The notes beneath the pieces are model-generated. The model was not told the DNA's origin. It did not search any database and worked only from the letters and a program-made list of their open reading frames with translations. A DNA stretch of 64,000 nt from the NCBI RefSeq assembly GCF_009914755.1, contig NC_060928.1. One strand, 5' to 3'. Position numbers and translations under genes: made by a program. Shown piece after piece: positions 13,000 to 25,990 of this stretch; within the stretch, counting starts at the first letter, position 1; each line of letters opens with the position of its first letter. Source of the stretch: the human T2T-CHM13v2.0 reference genome, Homo sapiens.

Positions 13000-14005
13000 C
13001 TCATAGTACCACCTTTTCCCCTCCCAAGATTCACACTTTCACTTGTACATTTTGTCTCTTCTTGAATTGTCCCGTCAATGTTTTCTGATCTCTTCCAGGT
13101 GTTTTAGTTCTGCCTCTCTCCTGGACCCTAGTCATCAAATTATTTAAAACCAACTGCCTTAGCGTTGACTAGATCAAAGAAAAAAAAAATGCCTTGCTTT
13201 CCCAATTTCCCTAATACACTATCACCTATGTCAATTACAATTTGACTTCTCTATATATCATTCTTATAAAAATTGCTCTCGTGGGCATCCTAATATCCAA
13301 GATATCCTAATTTCCAAATCAAATGGGTCTATTTTCAAACTCTTTAATACATCTACAGCTTTTGTTTCCATTGTCAACCATCAAATTCTCTTCCTTAACT
13401 CCTTATTCTCTTGCTTTTATTTGTTTCAAATAAGTATCTTTCTTCTTACTGGATTTATGTGCACATAAAGACCAGAGAGCTTCCATTTACCTATGACCAT
13501 TGGTAGCAAGGCAAGCTCACTTTCAGCATTTGTGCTAGTCAAAGCTGTACTTACCCTCAACACCCTTGTAACTTCTTGGTTAAGTTTTCTTCATTAAATT
13601 TCCTTGATGTAACTTTCTTCTGATAGCTGCTTCATTTCTTTGTTGCTTCTTTAAATACGGGTGTTGGCAAAGTTTTTTCCATCTAATTCTGTGTCTTTCT
13701 TTAACCCTATCTATTAGCTACTGTGTCTTATTTTTTTGCCTGGATTATCTTTTCTTTCCTTATCTTCCTAGAAAATACTAACTCCCCACTCCTCCCTCTC
13801 TCTCTCTGTCTCTTCTCTCTCTCTCTGTCTTTATCTCTGTCTTTTTTTATTCAAGCTTTCCTCAGGCCCTCATGAATTATCACAATGACCTCTTAATTTG
13901 ATTTCTTGGCATCCAACCCTTCCATCTATCCTCTGCATCTTGGTGGGATTACATACCAAGAAAATGCATCCCATATGAAAATATTTCTATTTGCTCTCTA
14001 CCACA
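13000..14005 (+). mobile_element. Degraded L2 fragments with an embedded (CT)n tract at ~13795-13845
   Basis: Pyrimidine-rich L2-like motifs such as CCTAATTTCCAAATCAAATGG and GAATTATCACAATGACCTCTTAATTTGATTTC. Confidence 0.5.
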
Positions 14006-17000
14006 TAGAGCAATGGTTTCCACATGGAGGTGCACATACCCTAAAGTAGACACAAAATAATCTGCACGTCTATAAGAACAGAACAATAGAAGAGTGTCCT
14101 TCTATGCCCTTGGCATAAAGCTATGCTGAGAAAAAGTCTGTTAAATGAAATATGTGATAATTCCCTTATCAAAGTATGTAGTCAAAACATGTGATACTCA
14201 TAATACATTCTTATTTGTACATATTCTCTAAGCTTTTACTCCAAATATATGTTGCAAAAAAGTACAGCATGTAAATTACAATCTGTTGTGTACTTCTTGT
14301 TATACTGTTCTGAATAAATATCTGAAACGCCTTGAGTGCTGAATGCCAAGGATGATTGAAATCCCTCTGAGCCATAAATTTAAAATGTGTTCTCTGTGAT
14401 GGTGAGAATTTTGCATTATGCAAAAGATATAACTGGATACTCTATCTTGAAAAAAGACAGGATAAATATTACAGAATTGTCTATACCTAATTCCCACTCT
14501 TTAAAAAGGAGAAATAAATTGTATCATCTTACATGAAAGTAGAAAATAAAATATAATCAACATCAATTTTGTTTTCACTCTGATTTAAGTAGCCCCTAAT
14601 TTAAACACACAGACTAGCAGCTCAATTTTTTGTTGTTGCTGTTGTCAAATTAAGTCTGGCATCTCATTGCTTGAATAAGCATATTAGTCTGTTAAATAAG
14701 AAATTAGGTTCTTTTGAAATTTTAGAGATTCTGCCAAACCTCAAAGACTTTTACCTTCTGCTAGCTTTGCCAAATTCTACCAAAGTCATTTGTGAAAGAA
14801 ATTTTCCACATAGGGTTAGCCAGATAGAGGAGTAGAAATTACAATGCTGCTTAAGATCTGTAATTCCAGGGGCACTGAATAAGCTAACAATTTCCCAAAC
14901 ATTTCCCAAGCCGACTAGAAATAAATGAGCATTTTCAAAACCATGCTTACTCTTTAAGTACTTTTAGAGGGAAAAAGTCACATTTTATATATGCAAGTCA
15001 TTTTTAACCTGGGGATTATAACGAATCAGCAGCTAATCACCAAGATATAAATTACCTAATTAATTACTAAATACTATCATCTGTAAACACGGAGTCCTAA
15101 AAAATATGTTGGCTGAGAGAAGATTCATCAGTTGTAAGCATTAACTCAACGTGGTCAATGTTTGGTACAGCAACAACTAGGAGTTAATAAGTTAACAAAA
15201 TGTGCTAGGATGACTGGGCAGGGTAAAAGTGGTGTTGTGGGAGCTGGCTTGAAAGAGCAGCAGGAAGAAGCTGAAGACATTTTTTAACTTCCTAATTTTG
15301 CCTAGAGCCAATCACCAGGTAAATAAAAAATTTTTTCTGACAATCAGAAATAATGTTTGAAATCATCCATTTCTAGAAATATTGTCACTCAGAGACGGAA
15401 AGATGACTGACATGTTTGTTCCATCGCCAGATGGAAGGGATGCTGCTTTTGTTAGTGTGTAAGCTCTTTGGCTTGGGTGTCTACAGACTGCTTTTTGAAG
15501 GTGACAGAAAATGCCTGCACCTGCCAAATCTCATGTTTAACATTCAACAGTTGGTGGTGCTGGCAGGAATATCATTCAGAGATAAAAATCTCTATTACTC
15601 ATGCCACTTTAGGTAAGCTATTAGCAACAGTAAGCAAATGGCAACTTTTAAATTCAAGGTTTCTAATTTTGGTCTTTAAGCCTGTTAAGACACTTAGTCT
15701 AATACTCAGCAGTTAGTCAGCTTCACAAAAGCATCATGATAACATGAACTCATCATCCAAAAGTATAAGAGACATCTGGCAGTTGCCATATTTTAATTGC
15801 TATAATGACCCACAAATACAGAACCATTGTCTTCCAACTTTGACAGCTGCTTTTCATTCATCATATTAAGCTTCTAATGTATTTAGATAAACTTTTCTGT
15901 ATTTTTTCCAATATCTAAGTTAGATTGGACTATATATGTTCAGAAAATATTTTTAAAGATATATGAGTTCAAAGGATCAAGCAAAAGTGGCTTGGTTATA
16001 TCATGCTTCACATGTTATCATAAACTGTTAATTGAAATGTGATAGCCTCTTCTTTAATTAAAGAAGGAATCAAAAGTAACTGATTAAAAGCAGATATGCA
16101 TTTGTATAGAAATGTATATCTTGTTTCTTTTAAATACATAATATTTACTCAAAACCAGTAACATCTCTTGATTTTTATCTGTTTTGGTCATACTAGAGAA
16201 AAATGTTTAATGTAGTAATAGCAACTGCTCTTAATATCTACTTTATAGTAAGCACTGTTTTGAGGGCTAAAGATAAAAATTTAAGAAAAAAGTGTTCTCT
16301 GCTCTGGTGGAGCTTACAACTTAATCATTAATATCAGACAACCTATATACAATGTTGAAGAGCAATGACTTCTTTATTATAGCTGATTTTGCAATGTTAA
16401 CGCTACTGCCATGTTAAATAAATAAGTCTCTCAATGTACTGAACTCCATTTGTAACAAGTTTATTTAAAAACAGCGAAAAAGTTATTAGGTAAAAATGAA
16501 AGCATTTCACATTTATGATTCTAAAATTCCAAGTTGAACCACTACTTAATTACTGCCAAAAAGGAAATGCTACTTATCAACTCCATTAAAACCAACCTCA
16601 TTATTTTTGTTCAATAGAAGGCAATACTTATTTGACTATGACTTAATTTTGGACACACTTGATTCATGTATTTACTTCTGTATATGATTTGAAACCAATT
16701 TATTTTGGGGGACACATTGGAAATTAGAATGTTCAAGGTTAAATGGCCAATGGAGAACATGCTGAGTTTCATAATTGCTCTGAGTATTTAAATACACACA
16801 ATATATATTTTCCCCCTCAGGCTGAAATTATTGTTGCCAGATTCAAGGGGCCTTTTTATCAATGAGTTAAAGCAGATCCCAAAATGCCTCATGAGGGAAA
16901 TTTTGTACCAACTTTTCCCACAGCCATTTTCTTAGTAGAAATGGGGTAGCTATTATTCAAGCTCATTCTAATGCCCCTCCCTCTTCATTAGAAATGCTGT

Positions 17001-17964
17001 TCTACTCCCAGGCCACATAACAATAAAGTGTGTGGCTTTGCTCTTCATCAATAACACAAAGTAGTTGCACCCAGAGTACTTGTAAGGGAGTCCAACTACA
17101 AATTTATTATCTCTCAACACCCATCCAAACTTTAGTTAAGAGAATAATATCTATGAAAGATTTCCTGAAGCGTAATTCAATCCACATAGAGGAACCATTA
17201 AAACCTACCCATAGATTAAGTCTGACAAACAGAGAAATGCACACACAGGCTGCAAAATGTTGTCACCCACAGAAACACTTTTAATAAACTGTGCTTCACC
17301 TTGGCATTGTGCCTTGTGCCTGCACTGAAGGACTCCATAACAAACAGTCCCATAAAACGCATAGATGTAGTAAACTACAATTTATTCAGGATATTCTTCA
17401 CTATGTCACAGGGTCCTTTTTATGAGGAATCAAAGAAGAAATTTTTGTCTTGACTTAGTACCCGGAATAACTGTGCTTCTTCTAAGCAACAGGTGAGTTT
17501 CTTTTTTATGGAGACTGTGCCATGTGTTTTCTCCAATGTTCTTTTTTCTTTGATGGCTTCAAAACTTAAGTCAAATGTGTGACCTGCCTCAAGCAAATTT
17601 AGACAACTTTATGGCAGTCTTGAATTCATCTCATCTTTCCTTCTTTTACTTTCCTGCCCTCCCCTCCCAGCCCCATCCATTTATTTTTTACTTCAATTTA
17701 TCTAAATATATGAAAACTGCCATAAATCCTATTCTGGAACAAGATGTGATAAACAAAGAAGATTAATCATGTGAGATAAACAGCACACATTTTTCATTTT
17801 CCCATGTGAGTCCTCCTTTATGACAGAGACAATGAGCCAGCATTTACCCCAGGGGAGTTTGTCATAAATACATTAGGAAGAAACATTCTTAGCTTTTAAT
17901 TTTGAAAAGATTCATTTGGAAGTCAAACAAAAAAAATTTTGAAAATTGAATGAAGCTAGGGAAT

Positions 17965-18132
17965 GAACAGAGATGCTATTTTAATCCCAGTTCTACATAA
18001 AGAATGCTCATAGCTAAGAGGAACAGAGATGCTGTTTTAATCCCAGTTCTACGTAAAGAATGCTCATAGCTAAGAGGAATAGAGATGCTGTTTTAATCCC
18101 AGTTCTACATAAAGAATGCTTATAGCTAAGAG
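17965..18132. repeat. 56-bp minisatellite, 3 near-identical copies
   Basis: GAACAGAGATGCTRTTTTAATCCCAGTTCTACRTAAAGAATGCTYATAGCTAAGAG at 17965, 18021 and 18077. Confidence 0.97.
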
Positions 18133-18725
18133 GGGCAGGAAAAATAAAAGGAAAGAAATGAAAATAGACTTAGAGGCAATGTAGAAGATTGGTCTCTACC
18201 TCACATCTTAACTCACATGGCTATCACCTTTCCTTTCCTGGATAGAGCTGGTAAAGAGAGACGTATAGACTATAAGAATAACCATGGATGGCTGAGTACA
18301 TTTAGTACCAAGAAAGGGATAGATCCACCAATTCCTCCACAGCCAGGCCTAGGAAGACATGGCTAGAGCTACAGAGGCTGAACATCAACACACAGAACTA
18401 CACCAGAGCAGGCTAAATCTGAAAGAAATATGGGCCTCAGGTGAGGGTGAGATAGGATCAGCCCTTCCAGCTGTACTGCTGACAAGAGTCAGGTCCCCTG
18501 GATTTTAGAAATGGAAGCTGGATGAAAGACAAGAGGGTTTTGGGGACAGAAAATGCCAATTAGGCTGACTTAAACTGAAAATAAATGAGAGATTTCTTTG
18601 TGATGACAAAGAAAAACTGCTAAAGAACCGACGGTAATTCATTTGTCATTAAGCAGGTTTGTACCCCAGTGTAAGGAAATTAGAAAAAGCTATATTTTAA
18701 AAGCTACATTTTTGCAATTTGTGAC

Positions 18726-19005
18726 TGTCTTAGTCGGTTGAGGATTATAATAAAAAAATATCTGAGATTGTGTAATTAAAAAAAGGTTTATTTGGTTCAC
18801 AATTCTGATGTCTGGAAAAGTTCAAGATTGGGCATCTGCCTCTGGGAAGGCCACAGGCTGCTTCCACTCATGGCAGAAGGTGAAGCAAGCTGATGTGTGC
18901 AGATATCACACAGTAAGATCCCTATCTCCTATCCCAGCCCCATCTCCAACAGTGAGATCAAATTTCACCATGAGGTTTAGAGGGACAAATATACAAACTA
19001 TAGCA
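18726..19005 (-). mobile_element. MSTB-type solo LTR with central deletion
   Basis: TGTCTTAGTC...AAACTATAGCA termini with a perfect 5-bp TSD GTGAC (18721-18725, 19006-19010). Only 280 bp long. Confidence 0.9.
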
Positions 19006-19338
19006 GTGACCATAATATTTGTCTGTTAAGCAAAAAGAACAATATTTATGCATGAATATACACATAAGCCTGTAGTCCAGATTCTCTTCCTATAACATCT
19101 CCAAAAGAGAATGCTCTTTTTGAAGTCAAGAGATACTCAAATAATGAAAATACTGACACATCAAAATCTTCATTTCATTTCCTTTTCTCTGGTTCTAAGG
19201 AACAGTTTCCGAACATCACTTCTTTCAGTTTACATGGCACTGTCCTCTTTTAGTTCGCCTTCTACTAGTTTGGGTATTTGTTTTCTATGTTTTTACTGTC
19301 TTATAAATTTGAATGTATGCCATTCAAATTTGTATGTA

Positions 19339-20172
19339 CAGTCATATGCTGTTTAATTATATGGATATGTTCTGAGAAATGTTTTAAGCAATCTCATCAT
19401 TGTGTGAACATCATAGAGTGTATTTACACAAACTGAGATGGTGTAGCCTATGACACAACTAGGCTGTACAGTGCAGCCTATTATTCCTATTGTTCCTTAA
19501 CAGCATGTTACTGTACTGCATACTGTAGGCAATTGTAACAAAATAGTTAGAATTTGTGTGTTTAAATATATCTAAAGATATAAAATGTACTAAAAAAAAC
19601 ACAGTATAAAACATAAAAAATGGTACACCTGTATAGGGCACTTAATGTGAATGAATCTTGTAGGACTAGAAGTAGCTCCAGGTGAGTCAGTGAGTGAGAT
19701 GTAAGTTACAGTGAAGGCCTAAGACATTATTGTGCACCACTGTAGACACTATAAATACCACATATAGACTACACTAAATATATTAAAAGTATTTTTTATC
19801 AATAATAAACTTTAGCTTTCTGTAACTTTTTTACTTTACAAACTTTTTTAATTTTTAAACTTTTGACTCTTTTTTAGTAGCACTCAGCTTAAAACACAAA
19901 AACATTTTATGTCTGCAAAAAAGTATTTTCTTTCTTTATATCCTTATAATCTATTTCTTACTTGAAGTTTTACATTTCCTTACTTTTTAAACTTTTTTGT
20001 TAAAAACGAAGGCACATACACATTAGCCTAAGCCTATTCATCCTGACAAGGTCAGGTTCAATAATATAGCACTAGTCAATAGGAGTTTTTCAGCTTCATT
20101 ATAATCTTATGAGACCAACATCAAATATGTGGTGCATCGCTGACCAAAATATCATTATGTGGTGCAAGGCTC
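19339..20172 (+). mobile_element. Tigger3-family DNA transposon, internally deleted
   Basis: TA|CAGTCAT...TTCTGAGAAATG...CATTGTGTGAACATCATAGAGTGTATTTACACAAAC...TGACCAAAATATCATTATGTGGTGCA. Confidence 0.85.
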
Positions 20173-20609
20173 TTTAATCTTTTCTGGCCTTTCTCTTTTT
20201 TCTTATTTTATTATCTACAATAGAGATTTTATTCTCTCAAAGAAAATGAGACACAAGTCTTTATGTCCAACTATATCTCTCTCAAACTCTTGTTCCAAAC
20301 ATCTAATTGCTATCTGGATATTTCCAGTCACATGCACTATTATGGCCTCAAATATGGCATATTAAAATGGAATCTTTTTCTAGAGCTAGATTTCTTGGCT
20401 ATGTTTCTGATTGATGACAAGTCATCACCATTTTCTCAAGGCCTGCAACAAAAATATGCGCATTATCTGTTGTATTTTCCCTCACTTCCCATATAAATTG
20501 AATCAAAGAGTCTCCTTCTACTGGGCTTACATCTACATTTTTCCACTCCACTTACACTATTATTTTCCCAGCATAGGTTAACATTTGGTTTCTCCATTTC
20601 CAGGACTAG

Positions 20610-20812
20610 CTGTGATGCAACGAACATAGATTATGGTGTTCAAATGAATCTGAGTTAGACTTTCTGTGTGACCTTCATCAAATTTTCAAAACTTAAAGTT
20701 TTCTCATCTGTAAAATAGAGAGAAAAAAAAAATGGTTGCCTTACAGGATTGATGTGAGGGTAACCTGAAATAATTTATCTGAAGACCAAGCACAAAATCT
20801 GGCACCCAATTA
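20610..20812 (+). mobile_element. MIR SINE
   Basis: CTGTGTGACCTT...TTTCTCATCTGTAAAATAG...ACAGGATTGATGTGAGG...CTGGCAC. Confidence 0.7.
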
Positions 20813-21528
20813 GGAAAGTCGATAATTTCAACTATCCTCATAATTGGCTCTTTCCTTTCTTCCACCTCAGGATTACTAAAAATTACTAAGTAATTGCTAA
20901 GAATTACTAAAAAATATCACACATTCTATAAGTTCAGAGTCACAAAGGGTAGCTAGGCTTTCCACAATAATTTACGAACTTTTTAAACTGACTTCTTCCC
21001 TTTGTTGTGAAGAGCAGCTTTGAACCTTCACTATTCGCTATAAACTATCTTACCTGCTCTCATTTCATTTAGTCTCAGGTGTAATTGTCGCCTTCACTGG
21101 CCTGCACCATTGAGTCTGCCAGGTCTAATTTATCTCGTCTCCCTTCCTACCTTCACACTAATAAGTTGAACAGCCTATGTCCCATTTTCTTACTCCCTTG
21201 TTCCCTGTCTTAGAGCTGTCCCTCCCTTTGTTCAATGTCCACCCGTCACCTCTGCTATCTTATTTAGGAATTCGTTCCATTAATAATGCCTTTTCTCTGC
21301 AAAATATCCACGACCACTTAGCTCTTTGCCTTAGTCTTTAAACTTATTTGAATTTTCTCATCCTAAAATGTCCTTTGTGGATCCTAACACCTAAACTAGA
21401 GCTACCTTTCTAGCCCTCTTTTGTACTTTGAGAGAAAATTTGTTTAAAGGATACTCTAAATTCACTCTACATACTTTCTTAATTCTATATTTTAAAATAG
21501 CCCTCTCCACTGAATTTACGTTATCATT

Positions 21529-21893
21529 TGTAATGAACTAGAAGCTTGTGTCTCCCCAAAATTCATATGTTGAAATCTTAACCCCAGAGGTGATGGTTTT
21601 AGGAGATGAGGCCTCTGGAAGTTGATTAGGTCACAACAGTGGAGCCCTCATCAATGGGATTAGTGTCCTCACAAAAGAGACTCCAGAGAGATCCTTTTCA
21701 CTTCTACCATGTGAGGCTGTAGCAAAAAGATGGCCATCTATGAAGCAGGAAGTGGGTTCTCAGTGGACACCCATTCTGCTGACCCACTGATCTTAGATTT
21801 CCCAGCTTCCAGAACTGTGACAAATAAATTTCTGTTGTTTACAAGCCTCCCAACCTATGGTATTTTGTTATAGCAGCCAAATAGACTGAGACA
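21529..21893 (+). mobile_element. MaLR solo LTR (MLT1A0-like), inserted in L2
   Basis: TG...CCCCAAAATTCATATGTTGAAATCTTAACCCC...CCAGCTTCCAGAACTGTGACAAATAAATTTCTGTTG...TTGTTATAGCAGCCAAATAGACTGAGACA; 365 bp. Confidence 0.9.
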
Positions 21894-22480
21894 CCAGTCT
21901 TCTTGAATTTTATTTTCTTTTGGCTTTTGTGACCCTACTCATATCTTCTTCCAGAACCATTTCTGTATATTCTTTGTTATGAGCTCAATCTCTGCTTGAT
22001 GCTTAGGTGTTGACCTGTACTATCCTGGAGTGAAATCTCATGTGTTTTTATACTTTGAACAATCATTTGTATGCAAATGATTACTCATTATACATTTATA
22101 TTTCCAATCTTCAACTCATTCTGTGAGCTCCAGTGCTACATATACAATTCTTTACTCAATGACTAAGCTACACTTCATTCAGCTCTTCCACAGGCCCAGC
22201 AACTTTGACATGTCCAAAAGAGAATTTCACACCCTTCTTTAAGACCTCTTCCTCTTTTTTTATTCAAAATTTTAGTTAGTGATGTTGCCATTGCAACAGT
22301 TATTGCCCTTATCAGAAACTAATTTTCCCTTTGTCACCTCTATATTGAATCAATGGCCAAATCCTCTATAACTAGCTTACTAAACCTTTCTCCAATCGTA
22401 ATGTCTTCTCCATTCCTAGCACCGGTGATATAATTCAGACCCTCAAACCTCACCTGATCTATGGAAATATATTCTAAATA
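21894..22480 (+). mobile_element. L2 LINE fragment
   Basis: CATTTGTATGCAAATGATTACTCA...TGAGCTCCAG...ACATGTCCAAAAGAGAATT...AATCAATGGCCAAATCCT. Confidence 0.6.
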
Positions 22481-22499
22481 CTAAGCATAAGAAAAGGTA

Positions 22500-22635
22500 A
22501 TATAGCATAATCATGAAGATTGTACATTTGAAACAATTTGCTTGTGCTCAAATACTAGCTCTAAAAACTTACTAGCTCTGCAGTCTTAGGCAACTTACGC
22601 AACCTCTCTGAGCTCCAATTTCCTCTCCATTAAGA
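22500..22635 (+). mobile_element. MIR SINE
   Basis: ACTTACTAGCTCTGCAGTCTTAGGCAACTTACGCAACCTCTCTGAGCTCCAATTTCCTC. Confidence 0.75.
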
Positions 22636-25600
22636 GTTCACTTCTCACCATCTTTACCTGATCAACTATTACTTATTCAAGACTTGGTTAAGATGTCACC
22701 TCTTCCAGGATCCCTTCCCAATGACACTGAGTTAAATCAAATAGCCCATCTCTATGTTACCCTGAGGTCATTTCTAGCTCTATTCAAAGACATATATTTT
22801 TATCTGTTCTCCTACAATTTGTGTTTCTTTAATGCAGATCAGCTCATTTGTGATTACTAAGAAAACGAGGTTAATATAATGCAGAGGTCAATATAGTGTT
22901 GGTTCATTCATAACGTTTCAAAGGCTATTAATATTTTGAAGAGATCAAGGTCAAACATTCTCACAATTACAGAAAGTATGTTAGTAATATATGAAAAGCT
23001 TAAGAAAAAAACCTGAAAACCCAAGGAGTGACTTATTTTAGGCATGGGGTTAGTTGCCTCAGTAATTGCCATACTTCCCACGATATTAAGTTATCTAGTC
23101 AATTTGAACTTACAGATGAAATTACTGTGAAGTAATTTCTCTTATGTTAAAGAGCAGATTTTTTTAGGTAAGTTTTTTTTTTTAATATTGATGCATCTGG
23201 TCTCTGTTATAGGTGAATGTTTTCAATGATTTTGGAAAAAAGCATGAGCCCAAAGATTAAGTCTGTGAAGTCTTACTTGACTTTGTTACTGGGTACAAAT
23301 GTGAAGTGCACCAGGTAAATAGTGGAGATATAGCTATGCTCCTGTTTTTATTAAGATTGTTATTGCTTTTGTTAGTGCTCTGGTTTCAAAGTTACACAGG
23401 CTTTGCACAGTTTGCACAATTTTATTTTTCCTTTAAGCCCTCTTTTTTAATATGTAATTCTGCAAAACACAAGTATGTTTCAGGAACATATTGTATACAT
23501 GATTCTACTGCAGAAGTGCCAGTACATTAAAATAATGTGTCTGCTGTTTCATTAACTTGTGTTTTTCTAGCGAGAAAGAACAATTACATATTACCATTTT
23601 GTAGCTTCATTCCCTAATTCAGTAATATTTGATAAACTAATCAAAACTATAGGAGATGCTGAAAAAATACTAATGTTTTCCCTAATTTGTCTCCCCCTCT
23701 TTATTCTGTCCTCTCTTTAATTAAACCAAAACAAGATTCTGGGTATGAAATTTTCCCAAGAAAAATATTTCAGTTGGCTATAGAATAAAGTCCAGGTCTC
23801 CTTAGTTAGTATCCAAAGCTGTACCTATTCAACTCTCAGTCACCCCAAGTACCCTATGCCAGCCAGTTGGTCAGCTCACTTTGTTCCTGGGGTACAACAT
23901 ATTTTTGCCCCTTTATTTTTGTTTATGCTTTCTTCTCACCATCTTCCCCAGAATGGACTCCCGATTCTACTCTAATTGTCAAAGTCCTTAGGCTTATTTT
24001 AGCGCTGCTTCATCTTAGTAGGCTTTTCTCATTCTCCTCTTCATTGAAGACACTGTTGTAGTAAAACGTAATAAACGTTTTTCATTAGCCAGTTACTTTC
24101 GTGTACTATCATGTATCATTTTATTAAATATTACCTAACTTAACAATATAAAGTAGGCCTACAAACTGTATTTCTGATCATTCCATTGTCTAAAATACAA
24201 GATTTTACTTAATATGTATCTACTGATGACTTAACAAAAGGTAAAAGCTAAGCAGAATAAGTCACACGGTCTGAAATGAGAACCAGACAAATCAGCAAAG
24301 CAAGCTAATAGATTATGGCAATAATCTCCATGTCAAGTTTTGTGACATTGAAGGTTCCTTGTTTCAGATAGAATGAAAAGGAAGAGAAAGAAATAAAAGA
24401 AAATAAGAGCAGAAATACATTAGGTAAATAAAGAATAGGGATGAGGAAAAACATGAACCTAAGTTACAAAATCTAATTAACAAGAAAAAAGGCCATACCA
24501 CAGAAAAAGGTAGAGCATATCAAGGTTTATTATAGAAAAATAATAATAATTTGTCCTTTTTCTATATTCAATATGAAGTGTAAGTTGGTGCAAAACATAA
24601 ATTACATAAACTATACCTCAATAGCAATTCAATAATTCCTTTATCCTGAATCCTTTGTCTATCTTGCCTCATGGTCTGTGCACTCTTATTAACCCTGGTA
24701 AATGATGCTCACTATTGCAAAGCAACAGTTAATAAAAACAAGTAAAAACCCTCTGAAATATTTCAATTACCTACGTACCTATATTAACATTTCTAGTGAA
24801 AGGATCAGTTGAATCCAAATTATGTTAGGAATGCCCATGTGCAACTTGAAATACACTTAAAAATTCCTAGTCTTTTAACAGTCAGCCTAAGAAACATGTT
24901 AAAATGAAAGTTTTTATTTTTTAATTCAACTAATGTATGATCACTTGTTTCTGAATTGTGTAGCTTAAGGTAAAAAATATTTTAGTTCGTAGTCACCCAG
25001 TTATTTGGTTTCAGGATTTTCCCTTTTGTTCTGAAAACTAAAAGTATAAGGATAAGAGTATATGTTACATTCACAAAAGAGTGAATAATGTGAAACTTAA
25101 CACCTTCATTTCTTTAGGGCTATGATGGATAGATCAAGCTAATTTATAAAAGGAGTATTTCCCATGAGTTACTAAAATATTTTTAAATTTTGCTTTACAT
25201 GTACTTCCTCTCCTCAAATCAATTCATTTTACAACAAAATATTAGAATTGAAACTAAAAAGATTATAACAATTTCAGATCATTTTGTAAACCTGGAATGA
25301 ATGAAACCATCACATCAGATTTCTCCTAGAGTCTGCATCTGTGTGAATTAAGATTATGTATTTCTTATACATTTTTAGAGTCAAAGCTAGATCAATACAA
25401 TATTCCTAAAAATGCATAGATTTCTAAAACCTTTTACATGTTTCTTATGTGGAGTAAAAATGCCACTCATTGATATGGAATGGCATTGACACCTCTACAT
25501 TCACTATTTTTAGTTAACCTTCGAAGAACTTTGGTTTTAACTTGTTCCTCAGGCTGTCTACTGAAATTTTCTTAGGAAAGACTTTCTTCTGTATGATTAT

Positions 25601-25751
25601 ATATTTTCTGCAACAAAACTTCTAAATCCTCAATTTGAACTTAGGGCAAGTGAGATTATTCTCCCAGTCAGTTCCCTAAAGTCAGGGTAACAACTACCTT
25701 TTGTTTTGCTTTATTTTGTTTTATTCTAGGCATGCCTTAGAATTTCATTAT

Positions 25752-25990
25752 GATAATAATGAAAACTAATATTTATTGAGCGCTTAGCACTGCTAGCCAC
25801 TGTGCTTGATGTTTTATACGTATTAGCTCATTTAATCCTCTCAAATTCTATAAGGTAGGTAATAATGTTATGACTATTTTGTAAAGGAACAAATTGAGAC
25901 TTTAAAAGGTTATGCAACTTCCCCAAACTCACATAATTAGAAAGCTGTTGCAGTGGTATTTAAATTCTTGTTTGTTTTAGACTACAAGCC
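25752..25990 (-). mobile_element. MIR SINE
   Basis: CTAATATTTATTGAGCGCTTAGCAC...TTAGCTCATTTAATCCTC...AAATTGAGAC...GGTTATGCAACTTCCCCAAACTCACA. Confidence 0.85.

Noticed and set aside
17965-18132. Regular direct repeats resembling a CRISPR array
   Set aside because: Units are contiguous with no unique spacers, the context is eukaryotic, and there are no cas genes.
18260-18720. Possible ancient Gypsy-like (MamGyp) LTR remnant
   Set aside because: Only a vague resemblance to a recalled consensus; I cannot define termini.
23306-23530. Hydrophobic 74-aa ORF with a signal-peptide-like stretch
   Set aside because: GTG start, T-rich low-complexity origin of the Leu/Phe run, and no recognisable homology or exon structure.
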